NCBI GenBank assembly: GCA_051362555.1 | Contig: CM120640.1 | Coordinates: 48,152,788-48,216,787, forward strand | DNA: 64,000 nt | Source: Lingula anatina | Lineage: Eukaryota; Animalia; Brachiopoda | Reading direction: 5' to 3' | Shown here: piece by piece, positions 14,011 to 25,715 of the stretch | How positions within the stretch are numbered: the stretch's first letter is position 1 | How the letters are laid out: every line of letters begins with the position of its first letter | Made by a program: the position numbers and the translations under genes | Notes under the pieces: model-generated | What the model saw: the letters and a program-made list of their open reading frames with translations, nothing else | What the model was told of the DNA's origin: nothing | Database searches by the model: none

Positions 14011-15289
14011 GGTCGTATTGTCCAATGGCATGGCTTCTTTTTCATAATGGAAGGTGAGAAGTTACTTGACACGATGGAGATAGGCTACAGTGAAAAGGTT
14101 AGTGTCAAGTTAGCTCTGAAGCTCAGGGTGTTACAGGTACACTATTGCTCAAAATGATTGGTATAGGCCTACTACTCAGTGCATAAAATGCACTGTTTAA
14201 AACGAGAGTACACATATTAATCCTTTCAGCAATTTATTATTCTACTATAGATAGTTTTTACGCAATACTCGGGTAATTTACATTAGGCCTACTAATGCAT
14301 TATCTGACAGAAATTTATGATTTCACTAGATGTTTTGTTATTTTCATGTTACATTCATTTAGTTTTGATTACGAAGGCTTCTGACAGGAACCTAAGATTA
14401 TATATTTTTTCATAGTGATTAATCCAAGAAAACACACACACACACACACCACCCCCGTCAATTAAGAACTCGGCAAAAGTTGATGAAATAATGTTAAGAG
14501 TTTTACAAGTAAACCCTTCTTATTTTATACTGTGTATGATTTATTTGGGCATTTCATGAATGATTCTGCCTGATAACTGTCTTGTATACTTGATAGAAAC
14601 CATTACTGTATGGTTGACAAACATACCCAAAGTTTGCAGGCAAAAATCGGCTGTATATATATAGGCCTATATAGAAGTTACTTACATCTTGGACATAATA
14701 ACGAATTTGTGTCGTTTTTATGTCCAAGTAGTTTACATTGATGAAGTAGGCCTACATTGCGGAATGGAGTAAATGATAGTAAACGATAGTAAAGACGTGT
14801 AGACGCGAACGTAGGCCTACATTGTTTGAACACCTAATAAATATATAAATAAATAAATAAATATCAGGTTGTAATTAAGTCATCTCACTGAGTGGGTCAG
14901 TCAGTACTCGCATCCAGACTATCTCTCGAAAGCCTCATTCCTGTATCTCAAGTTGATACCGGCATTTTAGCCGATTAATTACGATGTCAGATACAGGTAG
15001 AAGGATCTTGCGGTACCTGGATCTAAAGATACGTGGGTTTATAGGAAACTGTTGGTGGATCTATAGGAACGTAAATTTAACGAGACGTAAATCTATTGAG
15101 ACGTGTATGTATAGAGACGTATCTATCGGGACGAATATTTTATTGGGACGTTTATCTATATGGCGGACCCCTGTTTTACCTCTATGATTGTACTTCGGCC
15201 CATTTTTAAACACGTATTCATCTATATCGCATCAAAATCATGTATATTTATTCATTTACTTGTTTGTACTCTGCTATAGTTAGATGTAC

Positions 15290-15335
15290 TGTATTTGACT
15301 GTACCTTATTTGTGAAGGTGTATCAATAAAGAATC
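15290..15335 (+). mobile_element. 3' remnant of a LINE related to the RTE-X-like element at 29554
   Basis: GTACCTTATTTGTGAAGGTGTATCAATAAAGAATC resembles the LINE 3' end at 31138-31174. Confidence 0.5.
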
Positions 15336-15713
15336 CCTAGGGATATATAGCATACATGTATATTTTCCTAGATATTTTGCTGTAAAACTACATCCTATAA
15401 ATGTCTCGGCGGCGCCACTCGGAACTACTCGGATGTCTCCGCACTCGACAATAAGTATGGTTAGTATGGAGCCACTCGGCTCACCGTCGATTGATTGGTA
15501 TGGAGCTTGCGGAATGAGCCGAGGATTGCCGATTGCGGGATTGCGGCGGGGGCCGCCATGTTGGATAACTCACTTCCGTCCCGCTGCCGTATATGATCTA
15601 GTGCTGACCGGAACAAAATAGTCTATAAAAAGAGAATGTACCAACACAGAGGCTAAAGCTTTAGTGACATATATTGACTCTGCAGTAATTCAACCACCTT
15701 AAAAAGTCCAGCC

Positions 15714-15960
15714 GGACTTAAGGGGGGTGTCATGGGGGGTTCTGACCACCCCTTCGATATCTGAAAAAAAAATCACACCAATGGTCCCTTCTTGAATTTA
15801 GAATTTTGACTAGCTGAATCATAGTTCTAAACCGTGCAGTACCAAATGGCACTGTTCGCCCTCTAATATACCAGTTTTTTTCGGGGCCCTTAAAAGCGGG
15901 CATCGAGACCCACGCCAAGGGAAAATTAGAGGGTAAAATGACTTACCCGCTCCTTACACT
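15714..15960. mobile_element. Dispersed repeat family; related copies at 25493-25586 plus 31208-31330, about 56430-56637 and about 60702-60873
   Basis: Shared core TTAGAATTTTGACTAGCTGAATCATAGTTCTAAACCGT...ACCAAATGGCACTGTTCGCCCTCTAA, seen in both orientations. Confidence 0.65.
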
Positions 15961-16218
15961 GTTGGTCTTGTGTAAATGTAGGCTACTCTTCCAGCCGTGT
16001 CACGGCGCAGAGTTGCGCATTGAGTGGAATGTTTATTGATCATAATGAACCTTAACATACAAGGTAGGCTACAGATTATCGATAGCGTACAAGCAAATAT
16101 AAAATGGTCACAGAAATACAATACTAGATATAATAGATTAAAAAAAAAAAACTACATGGAACATACGAATTAAACTTACACCTAAGAATGGATATTTTAC
16201 TGACCGACATCCAAGGAA

Positions 16219-18640
16219 TTGCCAGTTTTAGGGTTCAATAGTGGCCATTACGATTTGAATGCCATGAAAACATTGTTTTTTCCGTCGTTAATAAACAGAG
16301 AAAAGTTGCGCTTTGTTGTCAAGCGGAACAACAATTTTATGGTGCTCAAGTCAGATAGTTTGAAAATCTTAGATGTCAGAAATTATTTAGCACCTGGGTG
16401 TAGTTATAGTCAGTTTCTCAAGGCATTCGAGTGCAAAGAATCTAAGGGGTTCTTTCCTTATGAATGGATGGACTCCTTGGATAAACTCGATTACCCTTGT
16501 CTTCCTCCACGTGAAGCATTTGCCTCACAATTAAAGCAAAACACCATAAGTGAGGTGGATTACGCATTGTGCCAACGCGTGTGGGAGGAAAACAACATGG
16601 AAACAATGCGCGACTTTCTCACCTGGTATAATAACAAAGATGTTGAACCGATGCTGGAAGCAGTGGCTAAAATGTTTGACTTTTACCTTGAGCGGGGAAT
16701 TGATATGTTTAAAGATGGTATTAGTGTACCAGGGTTAACACTGAAATACCTCTTTCAAAACGTTGGAGACGCCTATTTTACTCTTTTTGATGACAAAAAT
16801 AGCGATCTCCACTACCTCCTGAAAAATGCCATCGTAGGGGGGCCAAGTATTATATTCCATCGTTACCACGAAAGAAACAAAACTTTGATTAGAAAAGCCA
16901 CTGTAGATGATCCCAAGCTCTGCAAGAAAATCATTGGCTTCGATGCTAATGCGCTTTACTTGTGGTGCTTGATGCAACCCATGCCAACGGGTACATTTAT
17001 ACGCAGGCATGTAGAATCAGGGTATAAGCGCGAATATTCCCATCCCCATGGGAGGGAAGCAACAATGTGGTTGGACTGGATCGCTCACACCACTGGGCAG
17101 AAAATCCGGCATCAGTTTAACAACATTGAAAAACGCATAGGCTACCAACCCCGACTACCTGTTGATGGTTTTTGCTCTGAGACAAACACCGTGTATCAGT
17201 ACCAAGGGTGTTATTTTCATGGCCACCGTTGTCATCTTAACCAAAACAAGGACGGCACATTTAGAGAAATAAACGACACGAAAAAAAGTATCCATGGAAT
17301 CATTGCGTATCCAAACAGAACAAAATAGTCAGTACATTCGAGAACAAGGGTACAATTTGGTTGAAATGTGGGAGTGTGAATGGAAAAGATTACAAAAAGA
17401 AAATGCAGAAGTACAACTGTTTGTAAATCAGTACAAGCACCCCACCGAAAACAAATATCAACTGAAATTTGAAGAAACTTTGCATGCCGTTTGCAATGAC
17501 AAGTTGTTTGGTTTTGTTGAATGCGACATAGAAGTCCCCTCTGAACTCAGACCCATGTTTGCAGAAATGCCACCCATTTTTAAAAACGCCACCATTACCA
17601 GAGCTGACATAGGTGCTTACATGAAAAATTTTGCCGAAGAAAACGGCATTATGAGTGCTCCTAGAAAATCGCTTATAGGCAGTTTTTTTGGTGAAAAAAT
17701 ATTACTGGCCACACCCCTCTTGAAATGGTATGTGAAGCACGGTCTTCATGTCTCTTACATCTACCAGGTAGTCGAGTACACGCCTAAAGCCTGCTTTCAG
17801 CATTTTGGTAACGCGGTGAGCGATGCTCGCAGAGAGGGGGATAAAGATAAAACAAAAGCCATCGTTGCCGATACCATGAAGCTCATTGGTAATTCGGGGT
17901 ACGGTAAAACAGTAACCAATAAAGAAAAACACCGTGAAGTGGAATACTGTGGTGAAGCTTAGGCCTCTCGTAAAGTGAACAACCCCCGCTTTCGGCGCTT
18001 AGATCAAATCACCGACGACACGTATGAAATCGAACTAAACAAAAAAGTTATCAAATACGATTTACCCATTCAAATTGGGGTCATGGTGTATCAGTATGCC
18101 AAGCTGCGCATGTTGGAATTTTATTACGATTTCATGCTAAAATTCGTGAAACCGACCGATTTCCAATATTGTGAAATGGACACAGATTCCGCCTACATTG
18201 CTTTTTCGGCAGATAGCTTGGAAGCCGTGATAAAACCTGATATGCGTAAGCAGTACGAAGCTGAAAAACACCTTTGGTTTCCTCGCACTGATACAGCAGA
18301 AAATGAGGCCTATGATAAAAGAACGCCGGGGTTATTTAAAGCCGAGTGGATTGGCGACGGTATCGTTGGCCTTTGTAGTAAGACATATTATTGTTTTGGG
18401 GGAGAAACAAAGCCGAAATTTAGCTGTAAAGGTGTTAATAGAAACAACAATGACATAGATGAAACTAAGTATTTAGATGTACTGCTGAATAGAAAGAGTG
18501 GAAGTGGTGAGAATAGAGGAATAAGGTTGTTAAAAAATAGCATGTATTCATATGTACAGCAAAAAGATGCATTCAGTTATTATTATTGTAAACGTAAGGT
18601 TTTAGAAGACGGTGTGTCCACTGCACCTTTAGACGTTTAA
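16219..18640 (+). pseudogene. Protein-primed family B DNA polymerase (Polinton/Maverick/adintovirus-type), 5'-truncated, one frameshift and one nonsense codon
   Basis: Exo II FNSGHYD, Exo III YNNKDV, motif A FDANALY, motif B KLIGNSGYGK, motif C EMDTDS, KGV. Vsr-like nuclease insert (VDGF...YQGCYFHG...VEMWECEW). +1 frameshift in the A7 run at 17281-17287; in-frame TAG at 17960-17962. Confidence 0.9.
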
Positions 18641-20342
18641 GTGTACATTTTTTACTTGACAAGGAACACTTATTTTTTGGCTGTTCGCTTTAAAGATTTT
18701 TAAGGAACAACATAGTTCTGTTGCACTGTAGTCGAAGAAAACCTTCAAATATTTTATTGTACATTATTCATCCATGTCACTACTTTGACAAACTTATTTT
18801 TGCCTAGCTGTTAATCCACTATAATGTGGTGCAGCAGAAGCGTGTTTGAAGATCATAACAACTTACAAGCTCGACGGGAAAGCTTATCACATTACTCTAC
18901 CTGTGTAAATACCTACCTTGGTAAGAATTGTATTGTATAAAGTCCATTTAAATACTAAACAATAGTTAACGCATTAGATGTGATTATCAATGTAACACAG
19001 GGTTTGTCAATTGCCACCGTGTGTATTGCAATGAAGAATACAAATAAACGTACATTTATCCATATGATCTGCGTTTTCTTGAATTTATGGTTTCATAACA
19101 TAATGAAAACTATAATGTTTAAACGCGACCATGTGCAGAAAAATATCTTAATACGCGTTTTCACCGGTGAAATTTCTGATTTTCTAAGATGAACAGAAAA
19201 TAGTTGAACTTGAATCAGAAAAAAAATCTGCTGTTTCTTATACTTAAGGTAAAAATACTTCTGCATATTATATTGGTGTTTCATTTTTACAAGGAAACAC
19301 TAATTTCCACAGTCAAACAGGAAAAAAATACCACACTGTTTGACTTATTTAACAAAAAATTCCACACTGGCATTTCATTTTGATCGGGAGATTTTCTGGT
19401 ATTCAAAGCCGAACAGAAAAAAATAAAAAATAATGCACTGTTTTACTTTAAACAGACGCAATAACTGTTGTTTCTTGTATTAAGGAGAAAAATTACTTCT
19501 ACATATGACACTATTCTTCAGATTAGACAATGTAAATCATAAATCGGTGCATAGATCTTATAAATAAAAATCATAGGTTAAATCTTTGTCCCTGAAGAAG
19601 GCAGGATAGCATGGGTATTATACTTTTAAAGCAGAATAATTTTAAAGATTAACTTTTAACTTTAAATTTAACAAGGGAAACACTTATGTTCAAAGATGGA
19701 CAGAAAAAATGCTGCACTGTTTAACTTTAAAGAACAAGTGATGATGGTCAGAAAAAAATACAGCAATGAGTAAAATTGCGTCGGAAAAATGCTGAGAAAT
19801 TTTGACTTGAAAGAGAAATATACTCATATTATTTTAATAAGGAAGAGAAGAGTACTTCAATGTTTAGCTTTGGATTGAAAAAATGTTGTGAAGTTATAGT
19901 TGTGGCTACAAAAGGCCCAAATCTTAGCAGATATTGTTTACACTGGCCGCCTGAATTACTGGTTTGCTTGTGTAAACCAAGGCGATCATTTAGGAATAAA
20001 GGGTTGGAGGGGTTTAGAGAAATCAAAAGTATTTGATGCAGCGTCTAAGTACAAATAGGTGACTACAGCAGTTGGTTTAAAAAGGAATAGAGCTTTACTA
20101 TGATACTACCCGGCTTATGTTAAAACAGTGTCATTCATTTAATACTGGTCGCTTTACATTCAACTATATTGAAAAACAGTAAAAGGTGAATTCAATCTAC
20201 TGTACTTAGTGTTTGCGAACCACACACTATCACAATACTCTAAGTATTTGGCCTGCATACCTGTCTTTGTGAATATTACACTAGTCTCAGCTGACCATAA
20301 GCGGAGCTTTGTTTGTTAACACTTTAGTGTAACGCGAGTAAA

Positions 20343-20562
20343 GCCCCCTTTACACTGGACGGCGTCCTTTCTGCGTCCAGCAGTACGGCCCCATTTGAGA
20401 GTTTAAAAATTATAATATTTTACCTGCCGACAACTGGCCGATCATTGAGCATTCATTCTGATACAAAATTAATGCTCGTGCCTCCTTATTAAGACCACAG
20501 CGATGCCAAATTTCATGGTCGCAGAGAGGACGCAGAAAGGACGCCGTCCAGTGTAAAGGGGG
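20343..20562. mobile_element. Small MITE (Harbinger-like TIRs)
   Basis: About 35-bp inverted repeats CCCCCTTTACACTGGACGGCGTCCTTTCTGCGTCC ... GGACGCAGAAAGGACGCCGTCCAGTGTAAAGGGGG. Confidence 0.7.
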
Positions 20563-21190
20563 TATAACTGTACGACACCATCCCTCTTTTTGGATCAATA
20601 ATAACGCATACGCTTCTTTTTGTTCATCCAATGCAAAACTAAAACAAACCCCTACCTTTCAACAACTTGTGTACTAACCAATATAAACATCTCATTTTTA
20701 GTGAAGTAAAAAAAAAAAAAGAAAAAAAAAAAAAAAAAACAAATTATCTTTATTTTGGGAAAAAACTCTATACATTTAGAGGGCCTTATCAGGGCCCTAT
20801 CCTTTTTGTTAAGGCTCCCGTCGTTTATATACTACTTTAGTGGGTTTTTGTCTGTGTACACCATCACGCAAAAGTAATGGACACATCTTGACAAAACTTT
20901 CAGGATAGGTCACAAACGCCCAATTAGATTTTGATGATCCATTGATTAATTAAATTTTCAGGATAGGTAGCAAATGGGCCGATTTCATGAAAATTTTGGG
21001 ATAGTCCAGAAACGGACAAAGGCAGAAATAATGATAAGAATGTGGGAATTTTCCATTAATCAAATAATTATGTAAGGCTTTTTATGAAATTTTCTTAAAA
21101 GGTCGCAAATGAACCAAAGAAGAAATTATTAGATTTTGGCTATGATTAATTACTTAAGTCAGTAAGTAATGTTTAGTTATTAGATAATTA

Positions 21191-21439
21191 GGCTGCGTTC
21201 ACATGCAAAATCTATTTTCTAAAAATCTATTTGCGGTATCTTGTGATCACGGTCTGTGCCCTGAATACCCCACGGCATATTTACAGGCAGCGCGAGCCAG
21301 TTACTCCCAAAGCTGTAATTAATTCTCGGCGCTGCCAGTAATTACGCCACGGGGAATTCAGGGCACAGACCGTGATCACAAGATACCGCAAATAGATTTT
21401 TAGATTTTTAGAAAATAGACTTTGCATGTGAACACAGCC
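21191..21439. mobile_element. PIF/Harbinger-type MITE (duplicated copy of 7078-7326)
   Basis: Same TIRs and TTA TSD at the homologous position. Confidence 0.8.
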
Positions 21440-23268
21440 TTATTTCTTGGCAGAGGTTGCATTCTCCGAGTGCTTTTCTATTTTTTAATAATTCAGATAT
21501 ATAAAAAACACTGCTATTTTCTTAAAGCAAAATCAATTTTAAGACAACACTGTCTATGAAAACAAGTAGAACTTGATTTTAATTCAACAATTTATTCAAC
21601 AATTATTCTGCTTATCTAAGACATTCTGTTCAACACCAATATCATCAATACATCACTACATATAATACTATATAGAATGCAAGCTTACTCTCTACCAGAG
21701 GCCAGTTGGGTGACGATGTCATTTTGGAGCAAAATTATTATTGGTTCAGAATACAGAAATGTACATAGAATTAACCAGAATTAACATAGAATTATCTCTC
21801 TTTTGTGGAGGGTACTGCGAGCTTATGTTAACAATAATTATGTTACAAATATCTATCCAAACAATATAACAGTTAACACTCTAAACAGATATAAAATGCA
21901 GGTTTTATGGGTAAAAAATCCAAATATGGCATTATAAAAACTATAAATTGATAAAAAATATACAGTAAACATTCAGATAACACAACAAAAACATTGATAT
22001 CAGAAAGGCAAATGCATGATAATGAATGGAATGTTTGAATAATTTTCTCTCAAAATTGTATCAATTAACCAATCACCTTTAAATCTATTTTTAATGAAAT
22101 TGCACAAAAAATAATTTTATAGACATTCAGCACCCTCACTAAAAATAATATTGTCATTATTATGCTATTAATGGCAATACGATTATGGCACAGGCACTAA
22201 GAAACAGGCATATTAGCACCTAAAAAGCACATTTCTTTACAGTATCAAGATGAGAGGGGTGAGGAAGGTGGACGCCCCCATGCCTTGCTTCTCTACATTC
22301 TGAAATGTATGGGACAAATATATTGATTAGAAAGTAAACTGCCCATTACCACACCCACCTTCATGCATACAAATGCCTGTACAAAGTGGGCAAGCAAATG
22401 AACTTGCACGTTTGTGTCTGTGCATGCACAGCCAAGTTACACTGAGATTCCTGCAGGTTGCATATATGGTTTTGAAGCAATTTAAAGAGTGCACTGCTGG
22501 CTTTAAGTTACAGTACATTTTCAATCACTATATGCAATGCTTTGAAATATATATCAAGATGCTATATGTATGGAATTGTCTTAATTTGGTCAATATGTAT
22601 GAGAGGTCCAAGAGCCAACTTATTGCAGAGATTATAAATATGCACCACATCTTTTTCATCTGATGCACACTATATTGCATCTTTGACATATAAATTCTTC
22701 TTCCCTGCTTTTGTGTTTTAAGACTGGCATTCTCTAAATCCCTTTGAAAAAAACAATTAATGTATAGCTGAGTGAACCAATTGATGCCTTTGCCAGTTGT
22801 AGCTTTCCAAATGAAAACACAATCATTTACTTGGATGTAATTTGTGAGATATTAAATGGTACATGTATGTTGTTTTCAGTTTCTTTCAAATAGCAGTCCA
22901 GTAGCCATGGGGGTTTCAAAAGAATCCCCTTTTTTTCCGGAAAAGGCCCTTCTGAGAAACATTTTATCTATATCCTCAAGGTTTCAAAGTAAAAAGTCCA
23001 ATTTTTCAAAAAAAGAACTTCCCTTTTGAAATTGCTGGCTACAGGCCTGAGTAGCCCAAATGATGCAGTTACTGCACAAGCACATGTCTTGAAAAAACCC
23101 TGATTAGGAGTGTGGAACTGTCTCAGTTGTGATTGACAGCTCAGTCTTTTTTTCCCTTTTCACTCGTACTTGTATGTGTTGCACAAGTAGCCAGTCCCGC
23201 TGAGGTCTCTTCACTCTTATGCGTATACATGCAGTGTAGTAGTCAGAATTTGTTTTATTTAGCTCCTG

Positions 23269-25309
23269 TCAGTAAAATAATGAGCTGTCAATTTTTCCAA
23301 CAACCTCAAAACGACCACACTCCTTCACAGCTGAACCATTCAAGTCAGAAGAACCACCTGGATCCACTTTGCCAATTTCTACGACACCAGCTTTTAAAAA
23401 ATCACGTTTATGATTTTCATTACTGGTATGAATGGCAATGGCATCAATTCTAATAAGTTCCTTGAATCTCACCAATATATAACCACCTGGTGATGGCCTT
23501 GTCCAGAAATATTTATCATCATACCCATATGCATTTTCTATGCTGTTGTTAGCTTCTGGAGCCATGTTTGATTCAAGAGTTGCTGGGGGATTTGGTTCTT
23601 TGAATGTTGGGATATCTTTCCCTCCAAAATATCTGTCTTTTAGCTTATTAAAGCCAAGAACTGGTTTTTCCTGCAGTGATGAAACTAGACCCTCATGCTG
23701 AAAAAGTGTTGGTTTTCTTATATATTTTGATTTCTGACCCATAGATGTCATGAAGTGGTTGATAAGCCAATCACATGGCTGTTCGTCATAAAACAACAAC
23801 AGGTATTGCCCAAGAAGTAGAACATCCTGCGAGCGCAACAATTTTCCAATAAATCCCAAATGGGAAAATTCAAGCATGATCCATTTTTTTGTACTAACCA
23901 TTGAAATATAATCTTTAATGGCTGCAATAAACTTGGGGGCGCACACCACATCATCTTCAATCTGAATATAGTAACTAGATATATTATGACCATAGATAAA
24001 CATGAAGGCGAAGTCAATATTTTGTTTGGATCTCCACTTGACTCGTAAAGGGTCATCATTAAAATTTCTCTTTAAATTATCAAGTTGAGGATAGAGCTCC
24101 TCAGATACTTGGACAACTTGAAGGAATCCACTGTTCAGATACACCTCATATTTTTCCATTATCATGTGTATAACACGATGATTATGATGCCTGTCAAAGT
24201 CTGCCAAAAACACCATCACAACAACTTCTTCTTTTTCCTGCTCTGATATTTCACTGATAAGAGACTCCAGTGTTTGAAAGAGATATCCATCTCCATTTAA
24301 TCTTTTAATAGATGGAACTCCGATTGTTAGAAAACCTAATTAAAAAGTAAAACATGACATGTACAACAACATTATATTTAGAAAAAAAATAATGTTAACC
24401 ACAAATAATGTAAAATGACAAAAATGGTTGTATTCATCGTATGAGTTTTATGAAAATTGATCTGGCTAAAAGTAACTACTTTAAGAGCAGACCTTTGTAA
24501 GAGTGGGCCTAGCACAATATATACAATTAATGTTTACTTTACACAAAAAGTTAAGATGTGTAAGAGTGGGCCCAGCACAATATAAACAATTAATGTTTAC
24601 TTTATGCAAAAAGTTAAGATGAAATAAGAATGATGCATGAGGTAATATTTTATAAACTTTATGAAAATTTAACCCACAGTTCAGAAACAATTTGTAAGTT
24701 TTGCTTTGCTGATATCTTGAAAAATTAAAGCTATAATATGGCTCTGCATAAAAAAATTAATAATCAAAAGCTACTTGATCAATATCATGATAATATTTCA
24801 CATGCTGTCACTACTGTCATACCTTTTTTGTCTCTCCTTGATCCCATGACATTGACATTGACAAAAGAATGTTGTATAGAGCTCGCTTCCACAGTGTCTA
24901 TCTGTGACTCTGGATTCTCAAAGAAACTAACCTTCTCAACTGATGCCTCTGAAAAAGGAGAAGTTTTCTAAATCACATCCATCATGTTCATATTTTGAAA
25001 ATATAATGCATATAACCCACAGAATAAACATTTTACTTTAAAAACATTTTACTTTGCTTTTGTTCATGTTTTAAAATAATCCAACAATGTTCTTTCTGGT
25101 AATTATATTCAAAGTCTAAAATCCATTAATATGCAGTATGCTTTCCTTTAAAAAAAGGTACCTGTCAGCATATTCAGTTCATCCACATTTTCAGATATGT
25201 CAGCATGATACCTTTGTGATATATCAGGTATTTGAAAAAACGAAAGACATGCAATGATGACCACAGTGGCAAGAAATTGTCCATGTAACCGACGTGAACT
25301 TTTTGGCAT
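23269..25309 (-). CDS. MGAT4C: MGAT4C-like GnT-IV, copy 2; C-terminally truncated (about 446 aa) or pseudogene
   Basis: Same three coding exons as copy 1, with a 6-nt in-frame duplication in exon 2. TGG->TGA at 23269-23271; the frame stays open after it down to the ancestral TAA near 23104. Confidence 0.8.
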
Positions 25310-25388
25310 GGTTTCTGCTGTCTTCTTCTCACAAATTTAAGAATCCTCTTTGTTCCAATGCCTTCAAGACATTCTTAACCTGTAGAAA

Positions 25389-25423
<35 letters not shown>

Positions 25424-25715
25424 AATAAAATAAAATAAAATAAAAAAATAAAATACATATAAGTTCAAAAAATGGAATAATCAACAACTAAGGACTTAAG
25501 GGGGTGTCATGGGGGGGTTCTGACCACCCCTTCGATATCTGAAAAAAAATCACACCAATGGTCCCTTCTTGAATTTAGAATTTTGAGGGGGAGAAACGTC
25601 CATTGTTCTCGTCAGTGAGGCTAAACGAATTCAGGGTATGTACGCACAGACAGAAAACCATGTATTGTGTGAAATTGTGGGAACGTTACTAATGAAGCCA
25701 CTGGTAGTACTAGTA

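Larger units (their letters stand above)
6731..16026. repeat. Segmental duplication, copy 1
   Basis: 6731-10569 aligns by eye at high identity with 20838-25493 (copy 1 lacks about 21660-22377). 15714-16026 aligns with 25493-25586 plus 31208-31390. Confidence 0.85.

Noticed and set aside
17275-17965. Programmed frameshift or readthrough in polB
   Set aside because: The gene is also 5'-truncated and isolated; a homopolymer indel and a point nonsense are simpler, and pPolBs are normally single ORFs.
19588-19615. CTGAAGAAGGC hammerhead-like start
   Set aside because: No downstream GAAA or stem structure.
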